Shown here piece after piece: positions 27,718-36,017 of a stretch of DNA of 64,000 bases (positions are counted from its first letter, which is position 1; every line of letters begins with the position of its first letter). The position numbers were made by a program, and so were the translations under genes. The stretch covers positions 612-64,611 of the forward strand of contig CAZVIZ010000002.1 of assembly GCA_964627215.1 (NCBI GenBank). The letters are read 5' to 3'. Below the pieces are notes generated by a model that was not told the origin of the DNA, did not search any database, and saw nothing but the letters and a program-made list of their open reading frames with translations. Source of the DNA: an uncultured Dehalococcoidales bacterium. GTDB taxonomy: Bacteria > Chloroflexota > Dehalococcoidia > Dehalococcoidales > E44-bin46.

Positions 27718-28659
27718 TCAGGCGGCCAGCTCGGAGGTTGTCTCCTTTACCAGGCTTATCGCTTCCGGATGCCTCATGATCATTATGTCCGCGCCCGCTA
27801 TTAGCAATACCATAGCCGATATCGCTTCCATGAGGATGCCCCTCTTGGCGGCATCACCCATATTCTGTTCGCCGTCCGGGAGATGAACCTCCTTCGTTTT
27901 CCAGGCGTCGTTGGCGATATTACATATGATGGGGAACTGCAGCTTCTCATCTTCCTGCGTAAGCCCCGCCATCCTCATCCTCTCTATCACCGAGTAGGAG
28001 TACTCTATTCCGTACCCCAGCACGCTGGAGGTGGGATCCATGACTATCTTGCTATCCGGTACACCGAGATTGCCCAGCAGGATATTGAGCTGTTTGGCCA
28101 GGTTGATATCTATGGGGCTGGAGGACACGATGGTGTGGTTGTAGCCGATGGCTGAAGCGCCGACCTTCTTATGGTTTGCCTCCTCCACCGGACCTAACAC
28201 CAGGTTCTTTCCCTGGCATAGCTCGGAAACCGCTTTAAGCACCTCGGTATCCTTGTCGGTATTGGCCGTCCCCCAAACGATTAGAGGCACGTCTATGGCG
28301 TCAGCTACCTTTTTTACCACCTCGGCCGCCTCGGCGGCGCCTCGGTTCTGGCCGTTGGGGTCTGTGCTTATAAGTGAAAGGGCTATCATCTCCGCCCCGT
28401 ATTCGTCTATGCACTTCTTAGCCCAGGCCACGGGATCGTCCTTAACGTCGGCGAAGTGCTTAAGTACTGCGTCGGGCCACTCCTCCGGTGAAGAATCCAG
28501 CACCTCCATGGCTATCTGGGGGGCGTGGGGCATCTCCCCTTCAAACAGGTAGAAGGGGTAGGCGGTCGCGCCGCCCACGGTTATGGACTTGCCTCCGTCG
28601 CCCAGCAGTATTTCCTTTATCTTGCCAGTGTACTGCGTCTTTGGTATCTCTATCGCCAT
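27718..28659 (-). CDS. acsD: corrinoid iron-sulfur protein small subunit
   Basis: 313-aa TIM-barrel protein with a CdhD/AcsD-like N-terminus (IEIPKTQYTGKIKEILLG...ITVGG). It is located in the acs cluster. Confidence 0.85.
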   Translation of the reverse strand: MAIEIPKTQYTGKIKEILLGDGGKSITVGGATAYPFYLFEGEMPHAPQIAMEVLDSSPEEWPDAVLKHFADVKDDPVAWAKKCIDEYGAEMIALSLISTDPNGQNRGAAEAAEVVKKVADAIDVPLIVWGTANTDKDTEVLKAVSELCQGKNLVLGPVEEANHKKVGASAIGYNHTIVSSSPIDINLAKQLNILLGNLGVPDSKIVMDPTSSVLGYGIEYSYSVIERMRMAGLTQEDEKLQFPIICNIANDAWKTKEVHLPDGEQNMGDAAKRGILMEAISAMVLLIAGADIMIMRHPEAISLVKETTSELAA

Positions 28660-28678
28660 CCGTCGCTCTCCTTTAGGC

Positions 28679-28903
28679 TCAAGCCGGGTTCTTTCTCTTT
28701 TCGCTACCGTACCAATCCTTTGAGTACCAGTATCTCTCGCCGGACTCCAGGTACTTCATCTTCTCGGCTCTATCTTCTAGCCTCTCTCTCCACATTCCCA
28801 TCCCTTCGCCCTCAGGCTTCCCCGCCTCGTAAGTCTCTCCCAGCACCTCCACCTTGTCCCGCCCCGGGGCACTCTTGGACTCTACTTGATATTCCACCGT
28901 CAC
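28679..28903 (-). CDS. small hypothetical protein, charged and Trp/Tyr-rich, upstream of acsD
   Basis: 72-74 aa. A strong SD (TAAGGAGG) overlaps the first GTG, and a second in-frame GTG at 28897 has 5-nt spacing from it. A 19-nt gap separates it from acsD. No recognisable family. Confidence 0.5.
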   Translation of the reverse strand: MTVEYQVESKSAPGRDKVEVLGETYEAGKPEGEGMGMWRERLEDRAEKMKYLESGERYWYSKDWYGSEKRKNPA

Positions 28904-28980
28904 CTCCTTACCGGATAGGCTAATAAAGCGTGTTTATCTAGGATGTAGATATTAACAATAAAAAAAAGTAACAGACCACA

Positions 28981-29010
28981 ATTCTAACTTAGGTATTAAA
29001 TCTACGTCAA
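28981..29010 (-). promoter_or_regulatory. sigma-70-like promoter candidate for the small ORF and acsD unit
   Basis: On the - strand: TTGACG (29010-29005), an 18-nt spacer, then TAGAAT (28986-28981). Confidence 0.4.
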
Positions 29011-29027
29011 GCCTGAACCCCCTGAAT

Positions 29028-29067
29028 TATAGGTAACGTTGCCCCGAACAGGGCAACGTTACCTATA
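29028..29067 (-). terminator. perfect 17-bp hairpin downstream of folD (terminator-like, no clear U tract)
   Basis: tataggtaacgttgccc, loop cgaaca, then gggcaacgttacctata. It lies 40 nt after the folD stop. Confidence 0.45.
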
Positions 29068-29107
29068 AAGGCTTGCTTTATGCGTTTTGGCGGGGTATGT
29101 CTCAGGC

Positions 29108-30019
29108 TTAGGCTATACCCGATAGCACTTTGGCCGCCTTAAGGGTGTTGAGCATGAGCATTGTTATGGTCATGGGGCCTACGCCGCCAGGAACAGGAGT
29201 GATGGCCTTGGCCTTCTCCTTAACAGAGTCGAAATCCACGTCTCCGGCCAGTATCCGCTTGCCTTCTGGGGTGGTGCCTATTTGGTTGACGCCCACGTCG
29301 ATCACCACTACGCCTTCCTTAACCATGTCACCGGTGATGGCATTAGCCTTGCCCACGGCGGCGATTATTATATCGGCCCGTTTGGTGTGGAAGGCCATGT
29401 CCTTTGTCCTGGTGTGGCACAGGGTTACGGTGGCGTTGGCGTTCTTGTTCTTCTGGAGCAGTATGTTGGCGATTGGCTTGCCCACGATGTTGCTGCGGCC
29501 CACTACTACCACCTCGGCCCCCTCTATGGGTACGCCGGTGCGGATTAAGAGCTGCCAGACGCCGTGGGGTGTGCAGGGTATGTAGTCCGGTTCGCCTATC
29601 ATCAGCTTGCCTACATTTACGGGATGGAAGCCGTCCACGTCCTTCTTAGGGTCTATGGCGTAGAGCACCTTGGTCTCATCTATGTGCTTGGGCAGGGGCA
29701 GCTGGACCAGGATACCATGTATCTTGGGGTCATTGTTCAGCTTGTCGATGAGCTTTAATAGATCCTCTTCCTTGGCGTCCGCAGGCAGGTCATGTCGTTC
29801 GGAGTAGAAACCCAGCGCCTTGGAAGTCTTCTCCTTGGATCCTACATAGACCTGGGAGGCGGGGTCGGCGCCTACCAGGACGGTTACCAGCCCCGGCACC
29901 ACACCGTGCTTATCTTTAAGCTCGGTGACATCCTTCTTTATCTCCTCACGAATCTCCTTGGCGACCTCGGTTCCGCTTATAATCTCTGCTGCCATTTTCT
30001 CTGTTAAAACCTCCTTCAA
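29108..30019 (-). CDS. folD: bifunctional methylene-THF dehydrogenase / methenyl-THF cyclohydrolase
   Basis: Motifs PGLVTVLVGADPASQVYV, GILVQLPLP, VVVVGRSNIVGKP and TPVPGGVGPMT. The start is TTG 30019 or, more likely, ATG 29995 downstream of AAGGAGG. Confidence 0.92.
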   Translation of the reverse strand: MKEVLTEKMAAEIISGTEVAKEIREEIKKDVTELKDKHGVVPGLVTVLVGADPASQVYVGSKEKTSKALGFYSERHDLPADAKEEDLLKLIDKLNNDPKIHGILVQLPLPKHIDETKVLYAIDPKKDVDGFHPVNVGKLMIGEPDYIPCTPHGVWQLLIRTGVPIEGAEVVVVGRSNIVGKPIANILLQKNKNANATVTLCHTRTKDMAFHTKRADIIIAAVGKANAITGDMVKEGVVVIDVGVNQIGTTPEGKRILAGDVDFDSVKEKAKAITPVPGGVGPMTITMLMLNTLKAAKVLSGIA

Positions 30020-30118
30020 TATATATTAAAAAATAGCATCCTTGGTTTACTTATCGTTTAAAGGCCAAAACCATCTAATTCTAATACAATTCGCCCACTA
30101 ATTAAAGCCTTTAGCGAA

Positions 30119-30877
30119 TTATCGGGTTAGGAGACTTCTCATAAGCTCGTCCACCGCGCTTACCGCCGTGGAGGTAGGGGGTAGCTCTAACAGCGGCTTG
30201 GACTCCAGGTCGTAGCGGACTATATCGTCGTCGGCGGGGATTATGGCTGCGGGCTCTATACCCTGTTTTTGAAGCTCCTCCGCAACGGCCGGGGCGAGCG
30301 TATCGGGGACCATGTTTATTATGACCGATTCCCGCTTGACCCTGAGCCTCAGTTCGGCTATCAGCTGTCTTATCCTGGCGATGGTGCGTACTCCCTTCAC
30401 GGAGTGGTTAGAGACGATTAATAGCTCGTCTATGTCCTGGGTAGTGCGACGAGAAAGGTGCTCCATGCCGGCCTCGTTGTCCATCACCAGGTAGGTGTAG
30501 TTCTTGGCCAGGGCGTCGGCCATCTTGCGTACTATCAGGTTGGGGTAGCAGTAGCACTCTGGCCCCTCCCCCCGCCCCATGGTGAGCAGGTCCATGCCAT
30601 CGGCTTCGGTGATGGCCTCGTTAAGCTTGTACTCCAGGTAGACCTCCTTAGTCATTCCTGCGGGTATGGCTATCTTAGTGCCTTGGAACTCGTCCAGTAT
30701 CATGCCCACGGTGCGCTCTGCCTCCAGCCCCAAGCTCTCCCCCAGGTTGGCGTTGGGGTCGGCGTCTATGGCCAGTATGGGTCCGTCCCCCCTGGCTTTC
30801 AGGTGACGGATTATGATGCTGGAGATGGATGTTTTACCCGTGCCGCCCTTGCCGGCTACGGCTATACTAAGGGTCAT
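30119..30877 (-). CDS. cooC: CooC/AcsF-type nickel-insertion ATPase (copy 1)
   Basis: Deviant Walker A AGKGGTGKTS and the CxC metal motif (ECYCYP), in a MinD/ParA-like fold. Confidence 0.85.
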   Translation of the reverse strand: MTLSIAVAGKGGTGKTSISSIIIRHLKARGDGPILAIDADPNANLGESLGLEAERTVGMILDEFQGTKIAIPAGMTKEVYLEYKLNEAITEADGMDLLTMGRGEGPECYCYPNLIVRKMADALAKNYTYLVMDNEAGMEHLSRRTTQDIDELLIVSNHSVKGVRTIARIRQLIAELRLRVKRESVIINMVPDTLAPAVAEELQKQGIEPAAIIPADDDIVRYDLESKPLLELPPTSTAVSAVDELMRSLLTR

Positions 30878-30879
30878 AT

Positions 30880-32829
30880 TCAGTACTCTTTTCGGTTATT
30901 CTTGTGTCTGCCCAGGCGCTTGTATACCGAGGGGAACTCCTCCTCGTTGGGGTGGGGCAGGAACATGCTGGCGGTATAGTGGTTCATAAACTTGGGGTCC
31001 ACGCTTAATTCAACATTGGTCATCATATTGGCCACGGCCGCTCCATCATCCAGTATATCGGTGGAGAAGGACGTCAGACGCGCCCCCAGTATAGAGCCGT
31101 TGCCGATGAAGAAGAACCGCTCGCGTGGTATATCCGGCAGTAGCCCGATGGTGATGCTGTGCTCTATGTCTATGTGGCTGCCGAAGGCGCCGGCGATAAT
31201 CACCTCTTCCAGGTCGGCACAGCCCATGCCCACGCTTTCTATAAGCGTCTTATATCCGGCATAAAGGGCTGCCTTGGCTCTTATAAGGTTATCTATATCT
31301 ACCTCTGTTATGACGATGTCCTTCTTGGTCTTCGTCTCCCCCCCATAGGCGAGTATGTATTCATAGCCGTCGGGGCCTTTTCTAACCCTGTCGGTGGAGA
31401 GGTGGGTGTGGAACTTGCCGTTTTGTCCCAGTACGGCGGCGGTGAGAAGCTCCGCTATGATGTTTATAAGCCCCGAGCCGCAGATGCCCTTGGGCCTGCC
31501 CCCCCCGATTGTTTTTATGGTGGGTTTAAGGGTGTCCGGGTCTATGCTGAAGTCCTCTATGGCGCCCTCGGAGGCTATCATGCCGTGCTTTATGCCGCCC
31601 CCCTCAAATGCGGGGCCGGCGGAACAGGCGGCGGTTACCATCCAGTCCGAGTTGCCGATGACTATCTCGCCGTTGGTGCCGATGTCTATAAAGAGGGTCA
31701 GTTTCTTGCGCTGGTGTATCCCCGCGCCTACCACCCCGGATACGATATCGCCTCCCACATAGCTGGCCACAGCGGGTATGGCATAGACACGCACGTGCTC
31801 TGCCATATCCATTCCCAGCGAGGAAGCCCGCGCCAAAGGCGCGGTGCATATGGTGGGGGTGTAGGGGGCCAAACGCAGGTATTTGGGCTCCAGGCCGAAG
31901 AACAGCTGGGTCATGGTGCTGTTGCCTGCTATCACCACAAAGGCTATGTCCTCGCCCTTTAACTTACATTCGGAGAGCATGCGGCTGGTTATCTCGTTCA
32001 CCGTGCCCATTATGGCACGCTGCAGCTTCTTAAGCCCTCCCGCTTTGAGGCAGTAGGAGATGCGGGAGATGACGTCCTCGCCGTAGCTTATTTGGCCATT
32101 GTAATCCAGCGCCTCGGCGAGCACTTTGCCATTGGCCAGGTCCAAGAGCTGGCCCTTAACGCCGGTGGTGCCGATATCAAACGCCAGCGAGTAGAGTTGA
32201 TCCCTGGTGTCCCCTGGCTCTATATCGGCCAGCAGTAGGGGCATGTCTGAGGCGTTGGGGCCGGGGGTGATGGTGGTGGCGGTGACCTTCCAGTTCTCCT
32301 CGCGAAGCACGTCAGCCAGCTTGCGCACCACGCCGAAGTCCACGTTGAGCTTTTCAAGGCCGGCGTGTTGGGCGAGCCCCTTAAGCAGCCTGGCCAGGTC
32401 GCACTTGTTGTCCTCTATGGTGGGTGGGGTGAGCTCTATGAAATGCTTCTGGATAGGGGGGTGGAAGCACCAGCCGGTGGCGATATCCTCCGCCGGTTTA
32501 AGCCCCTTCTCTGTCTCCAGGGCCATAACCGCCGTCTCCAATCTGGACTCTATGGGGATATCCACTACCAGGTCGGTGAGCACCGCGCTCTGGCAGGCCT
32601 GCCTTGTGCCGCTTTTGTATTCGGCGGGCGTGATCCACTCCGTGCGGGTGGACTCCACCTCCCCTTGAACTATGTTTACCTTGCAGGTCCCGCAGGTACC
32701 TGCACCGCCGCAGGAAGCGGCGATACGCACTTCGGCGTCTATCGCCGCTTCCATGAGGTTCTTTCCCTTCCTCACCTCCACCTCCACCCCATTCGGTTCG
32801 AAACGAACCTTAAGCTTTCTCGGCGGCAT
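30880..32829 (-). CDS. reductive activator of the corrinoid Fe-S protein (RACo/AcsV-like; 2Fe-2S ferredoxin plus ASKHA ATPase)
   Basis: N-terminal plant-type ferredoxin CGGAGTCGTCKV and a C-terminal ASKHA/actin-like ATPase motif (DIGTNGEIV). The start is taken at ATG 32829, because the longer ORF would overlap fhs. Confidence 0.8.
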   Translation of the reverse strand: MPPRKLKVRFEPNGVEVEVRKGKNLMEAAIDAEVRIAASCGGAGTCGTCKVNIVQGEVESTRTEWITPAEYKSGTRQACQSAVLTDLVVDIPIESRLETAVMALETEKGLKPAEDIATGWCFHPPIQKHFIELTPPTIEDNKCDLARLLKGLAQHAGLEKLNVDFGVVRKLADVLREENWKVTATTITPGPNASDMPLLLADIEPGDTRDQLYSLAFDIGTTGVKGQLLDLANGKVLAEALDYNGQISYGEDVISRISYCLKAGGLKKLQRAIMGTVNEITSRMLSECKLKGEDIAFVVIAGNSTMTQLFFGLEPKYLRLAPYTPTICTAPLARASSLGMDMAEHVRVYAIPAVASYVGGDIVSGVVGAGIHQRKKLTLFIDIGTNGEIVIGNSDWMVTAACSAGPAFEGGGIKHGMIASEGAIEDFSIDPDTLKPTIKTIGGGRPKGICGSGLINIIAELLTAAVLGQNGKFHTHLSTDRVRKGPDGYEYILAYGGETKTKKDIVITEVDIDNLIRAKAALYAGYKTLIESVGMGCADLEEVIIAGAFGSHIDIEHSITIGLLPDIPRERFFFIGNGSILGARLTSFSTDILDDGAAVANMMTNVELSVDPKFMNHYTASMFLPHPNEEEFPSVYKRLGRHKNNRKEY

Positions 32830-32863
32830 ATCTTTCCTTGTCCCAGCGGATAATGGGGCGGTA

Positions 32864-34627
32864 TTAGAACAGCCCGTTGACCTTGCCCGTGTTAACATCC
32901 ACGTCCACCTTACGGAAGGCGGGGCTGGATGAGGTTCCCGGCATTAGGGTTATGGCGCCGGCACAGGGGCAGAGGAACTTGGCACCGGAGTATATGAGCA
33001 CGTCTCGGATAGGCAGTATCCATCCCTTGGGCACACCCTTCTTGGCGGGGTCGTGGCTCAGGGAGAGATGCGTCTTTACCATCATGGTGGCGTAGTCGTC
33101 GTACTTCTTGTCGGCCTCGAACATCTTGGCCTTCGCTTCGGCCTCTGGGGTCCAGGACACGCCGTCGGCGCCGTAGACCTCCTTGGCTATTGCGGCTACG
33201 CGGTCGCGCAGTTTGGTCTCGTTTGGATAGAGGAACTTGAAGTCACTGGTGTCCTCACAGGCTTCCTTGACCACGTCGGCCAGCTCCAGGGCGCCGTCGC
33301 CGCCGTCAGCCCAGTGTGTGGATACGGCGCAGCGCGCTCCGGCGGCCTCTGCTGCCTTCCTCACTGCGGCTATCTCGTTCTCGGTATCGGTATGGAAGCA
33401 GTTGACGCACACCACGGGGTTGATGCCGGACTTGCGGATAACGCCGATCAGGTGGGTCATGTTCTCCATGCCCTTCTCCAGCAGGCCTACGTCCTCCCTG
33501 GTGTATTCCTCGGGCAGAGGCAGGCCGGCTACTACCTTGGGGCCGCCGCCGTGCATCTTGAGTGCCCTGATGGTGGTGGTGAGCACAGACACGTGCGGTT
33601 TGAGTCCGCTGAAGCGGCACTTGACGTTCCAGAACTTCTCGAAGCCGATGTCGGCGGCGAAGCCGCTCTCGGTTACGTTGTAGTCAAACATCTTAAGGCC
33701 GATGCGGTCGGAGATGATGGAGGACTGACCCACGGCGATGTTGGCGAATGGCCCAGCGTGGACCATACAGGGCTGATACTCAGCGGTGCACATCAGGGTG
33801 GGGTTGATGGTGTTGCGCATCCAGGCTGTCATGGCGCCGCCGACTTCTAGATCGCCGGTGGTTACAGGCTCGCCACTCTTGCTGTAGCCGACGGTTATCT
33901 CGTCCATCCTCTTTCGCATGTCGGCGAGGTCGGTTACGATGGATAGCATAGCCATCAGCTCGGAGCTTACGGCGATGCCGAACTTGGACTGCATGGTGAA
34001 GCCATCATAGCGTCCGCCTAGGCCGATTATGATGTTGCGCAGTGACTGGGCGCAGAAATCCAAAATCCAGCCCATCTCTACGCGGGTGGGGTCTATGTCC
34101 AGGCGCTTCATCTTGGTCAGCCTGGCCAGCTGCTCGTCGTTGTAGTTTCGCTCGTGCTGCATCCTGGATGTCAGTGCTACCATGGCCAGGTTGTGGGCGT
34201 TCATAATGTCATTGATGTCCCCCGTGAGGCCCATGGAGAACTCGGTCATGGGGATCAAGAGGGAGTTGCCGCCGCCAGCGGCGGTACCCTTGATGTTCAT
34301 GGTGGGGCCGCCCGATGGCTGCCTGAGCGCGCCGCCTACGTTCCAGCCCCTCTTGCCCATACCTTCTATAAGGCCGCAGGCAGTGGTGCTCTTACCCTCG
34401 CCCAGGGGGGTGGGGGTGATGGCGGTTACCTCAATGTACTTGCCGTCAGGTTTGTTCTTGAGGCGGTCGATTATCTTCGCAAAATCGAGCTTGCACAGTC
34501 TCCCGTAAGGGATGACCTCTTCCTTCTCCAGCCCCAGCTTCTCTCGCCACTCGTCCGGAGTAGGCATGTTCTTTTCGGCAGCTTCTGATATCTGCCAGTC
34601 CTTCATTTTTACGGCATCATAGGCCAT
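32864..34627 (-). CDS. fhs: formate--tetrahydrofolate ligase
   Basis: Motifs [23 protein letters not shown] and GPFANIA; typical length of 587 aa. Confidence 0.94.
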   Translation of the reverse strand: MAYDAVKMKDWQISEAAEKNMPTPDEWREKLGLEKEEVIPYGRLCKLDFAKIIDRLKNKPDGKYIEVTAITPTPLGEGKSTTACGLIEGMGKRGWNVGGALRQPSGGPTMNIKGTAAGGGNSLLIPMTEFSMGLTGDINDIMNAHNLAMVALTSRMQHERNYNDEQLARLTKMKRLDIDPTRVEMGWILDFCAQSLRNIIIGLGGRYDGFTMQSKFGIAVSSELMAMLSIVTDLADMRKRMDEITVGYSKSGEPVTTGDLEVGGAMTAWMRNTINPTLMCTAEYQPCMVHAGPFANIAVGQSSIISDRIGLKMFDYNVTESGFAADIGFEKFWNVKCRFSGLKPHVSVLTTTIRALKMHGGGPKVVAGLPLPEEYTREDVGLLEKGMENMTHLIGVIRKSGINPVVCVNCFHTDTENEIAAVRKAAEAAGARCAVSTHWADGGDGALELADVVKEACEDTSDFKFLYPNETKLRDRVAAIAKEVYGADGVSWTPEAEAKAKMFEADKKYDDYATMMVKTHLSLSHDPAKKGVPKGWILPIRDVLIYSGAKFLCPCAGAITLMPGTSSSPAFRKVDVDVNTGKVNGLF

Positions 34628-34667
34628 AAAATACCTCCTTTAGGTTTTTTTAGGTCCGTTTAGGCTT

Positions 34668-35447
34668 TCAGGTGTCTTCTAGAGTACTATTTGATAAAGT
34701 CTGGTATATTGCGTCGACCGCCTCGGCTACCCTCTTGCTTGAGCTAAGAATGGGATGGTTGCCGAGGTCCGCATCTGCCAAGACCTGATCATAGGGAATA
34801 AAGCCCAGAAATTCGAATCCGGGCAGGTTAGAGAGCAATATCTCCTTCTGGCGGGGATTCTTTATCTTGTTCCCCACTAGGGCGATGTTGTTGAGGCCTA
34901 TGTCTTGGGCCATGGTGCTTATCCTTAGTGCGGTTTCAATGCTTCTTCTACCGGGTTCCACCACGATGATGAGTTTATCCACTGCCCTGGCCGTTCCCCG
35001 CCCCAGGTGCTCCACCCCTGCCTCCATATCCAGTATGACCACCTCGTCCCTGGCTATGAGCAAATGAGCCAACAGGGCTTGCAGCAGGGAACTCTCTGGG
35101 CAATAACAGCCCGCGCCACCCTGCTTTACCCTCCCCATCACCATCAGCTTGATCCCGTTATATTCTGCCGCATATCTCTGCGGTATGTCATCGACCTTAG
35201 GGCTTAGTTTATAGAGCGACCCGCTCTTGCCCGGCCGCGCCCCGGTCCTTTCCTCTATGAGATCGGCCATCTCCGATATGGGCGTTACCTCCTCGGGATG
35301 AGGGAATCCTATAGTGGCGGCCAGATTGGCATCTGGGTCGGCATCTATGGCTATCACCGCATATCCCTGCTCGGCGAAACGCTGGCAAAGGAAAGACGAC
35401 AGCAGGGTTTTGCCCACCCCGCCCTTACCGCTGATTGCGAGCTTCAT
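34668..35447 (-). CDS. cooC: CooC/AcsF-type nickel-insertion ATPase (copy 2)
   Basis: Walker A SGKGGVGKT and the CxC motif (GCYCPE). It is a diverged paralogue of the 30119-30877 gene. Confidence 0.85.
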   Translation of the reverse strand: MKLAISGKGGVGKTLLSSFLCQRFAEQGYAVIAIDADPDANLAATIGFPHPEEVTPISEMADLIEERTGARPGKSGSLYKLSPKVDDIPQRYAAEYNGIKLMVMGRVKQGGAGCYCPESSLLQALLAHLLIARDEVVILDMEAGVEHLGRGTARAVDKLIIVVEPGRRSIETALRISTMAQDIGLNNIALVGNKIKNPRQKEILLSNLPGFEFLGFIPYDQVLADADLGNHPILSSSKRVAEAVDAIYQTLSNSTLEDT

Positions 35448-35495
35448 GTTAAGCTCCGTATTCTATCTAAACTGGGACAGCCGCCGCTTCAGGCG

Positions 35496-35535
35496 GCTAT
35501 TGGGAACAAAAGCCCGGACCCGCCCCGTTTAGGTG
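35496..35535 (-). terminator. intrinsic terminator after mvhD copy 1
   Basis: On the - strand: a 10-bp perfect GC stem (gacccgcccc / ggggcgggtc) with an 8-nt loop, then cgggCTTTTGTT. A second 7-bp hairpin lies at 35470-35489. Confidence 0.6.
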
Positions 35536-35562
35536 GGGCGGGTCGGTATATAGCGTACAGCT

Positions 35563-36012
35563 TTACGCCGTGGCTCCTACTAGAACCTTGTCCTTGATCT
35601 CTACCTTCTCTGCCGGACCCATCTGCTTCAGCTCTTCGGTGAACTCGGTAACTACCTCGGCGAAGCGGGTGCCTTCAGCGGCGGAGACCCATTCCAACCT
35701 TAGCCTCTCCGGCTCTATGCCCATCTGGGGCAGCATCTGCTTAAGCATCAGCACGCGCCGGCGGGTCTTGTAGTTGCCGCATATGTAGTGGCAGTCTCCG
35801 GGGTGGCAGCCGCCGATGAACACACCGTCGGCTCCCTGGCGGAAGGCATCCAGTATGAATTCCGGATCCACCGCGCCGGAGCACATTACCCTTATCACCC
35901 TAAGATTGGGTGGGTACTGTAGCCTGGACACACCGGCCAGGTCAGCGCCAGCGTAGGTGCACCAGTTGCACAAGAACCCGACTATCTTCGGTTCGTACCC
36001 TTCTTTGGACAT
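35563..36012 (-). CDS. mvhD: MvhD/FlxD-like [2Fe-2S] electron-transfer subunit (copy 1)
   Basis: Motifs IVGFLCNWCTYAGADLAG and VMCSGAVDP...GGCHPGDCHY, typical of the methyl-viologen-reducing hydrogenase delta subunit family. Confidence 0.85.
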   Translation of the reverse strand: MSKEGYEPKIVGFLCNWCTYAGADLAGVSRLQYPPNLRVIRVMCSGAVDPEFILDAFRQGADGVFIGGCHPGDCHYICGNYKTRRRVLMLKQMLPQMGIEPERLRLEWVSAAEGTRFAEVVTEFTEELKQMGPAEKVEIKDKVLVGATA

Positions 36013-36017
36013 ATCTT

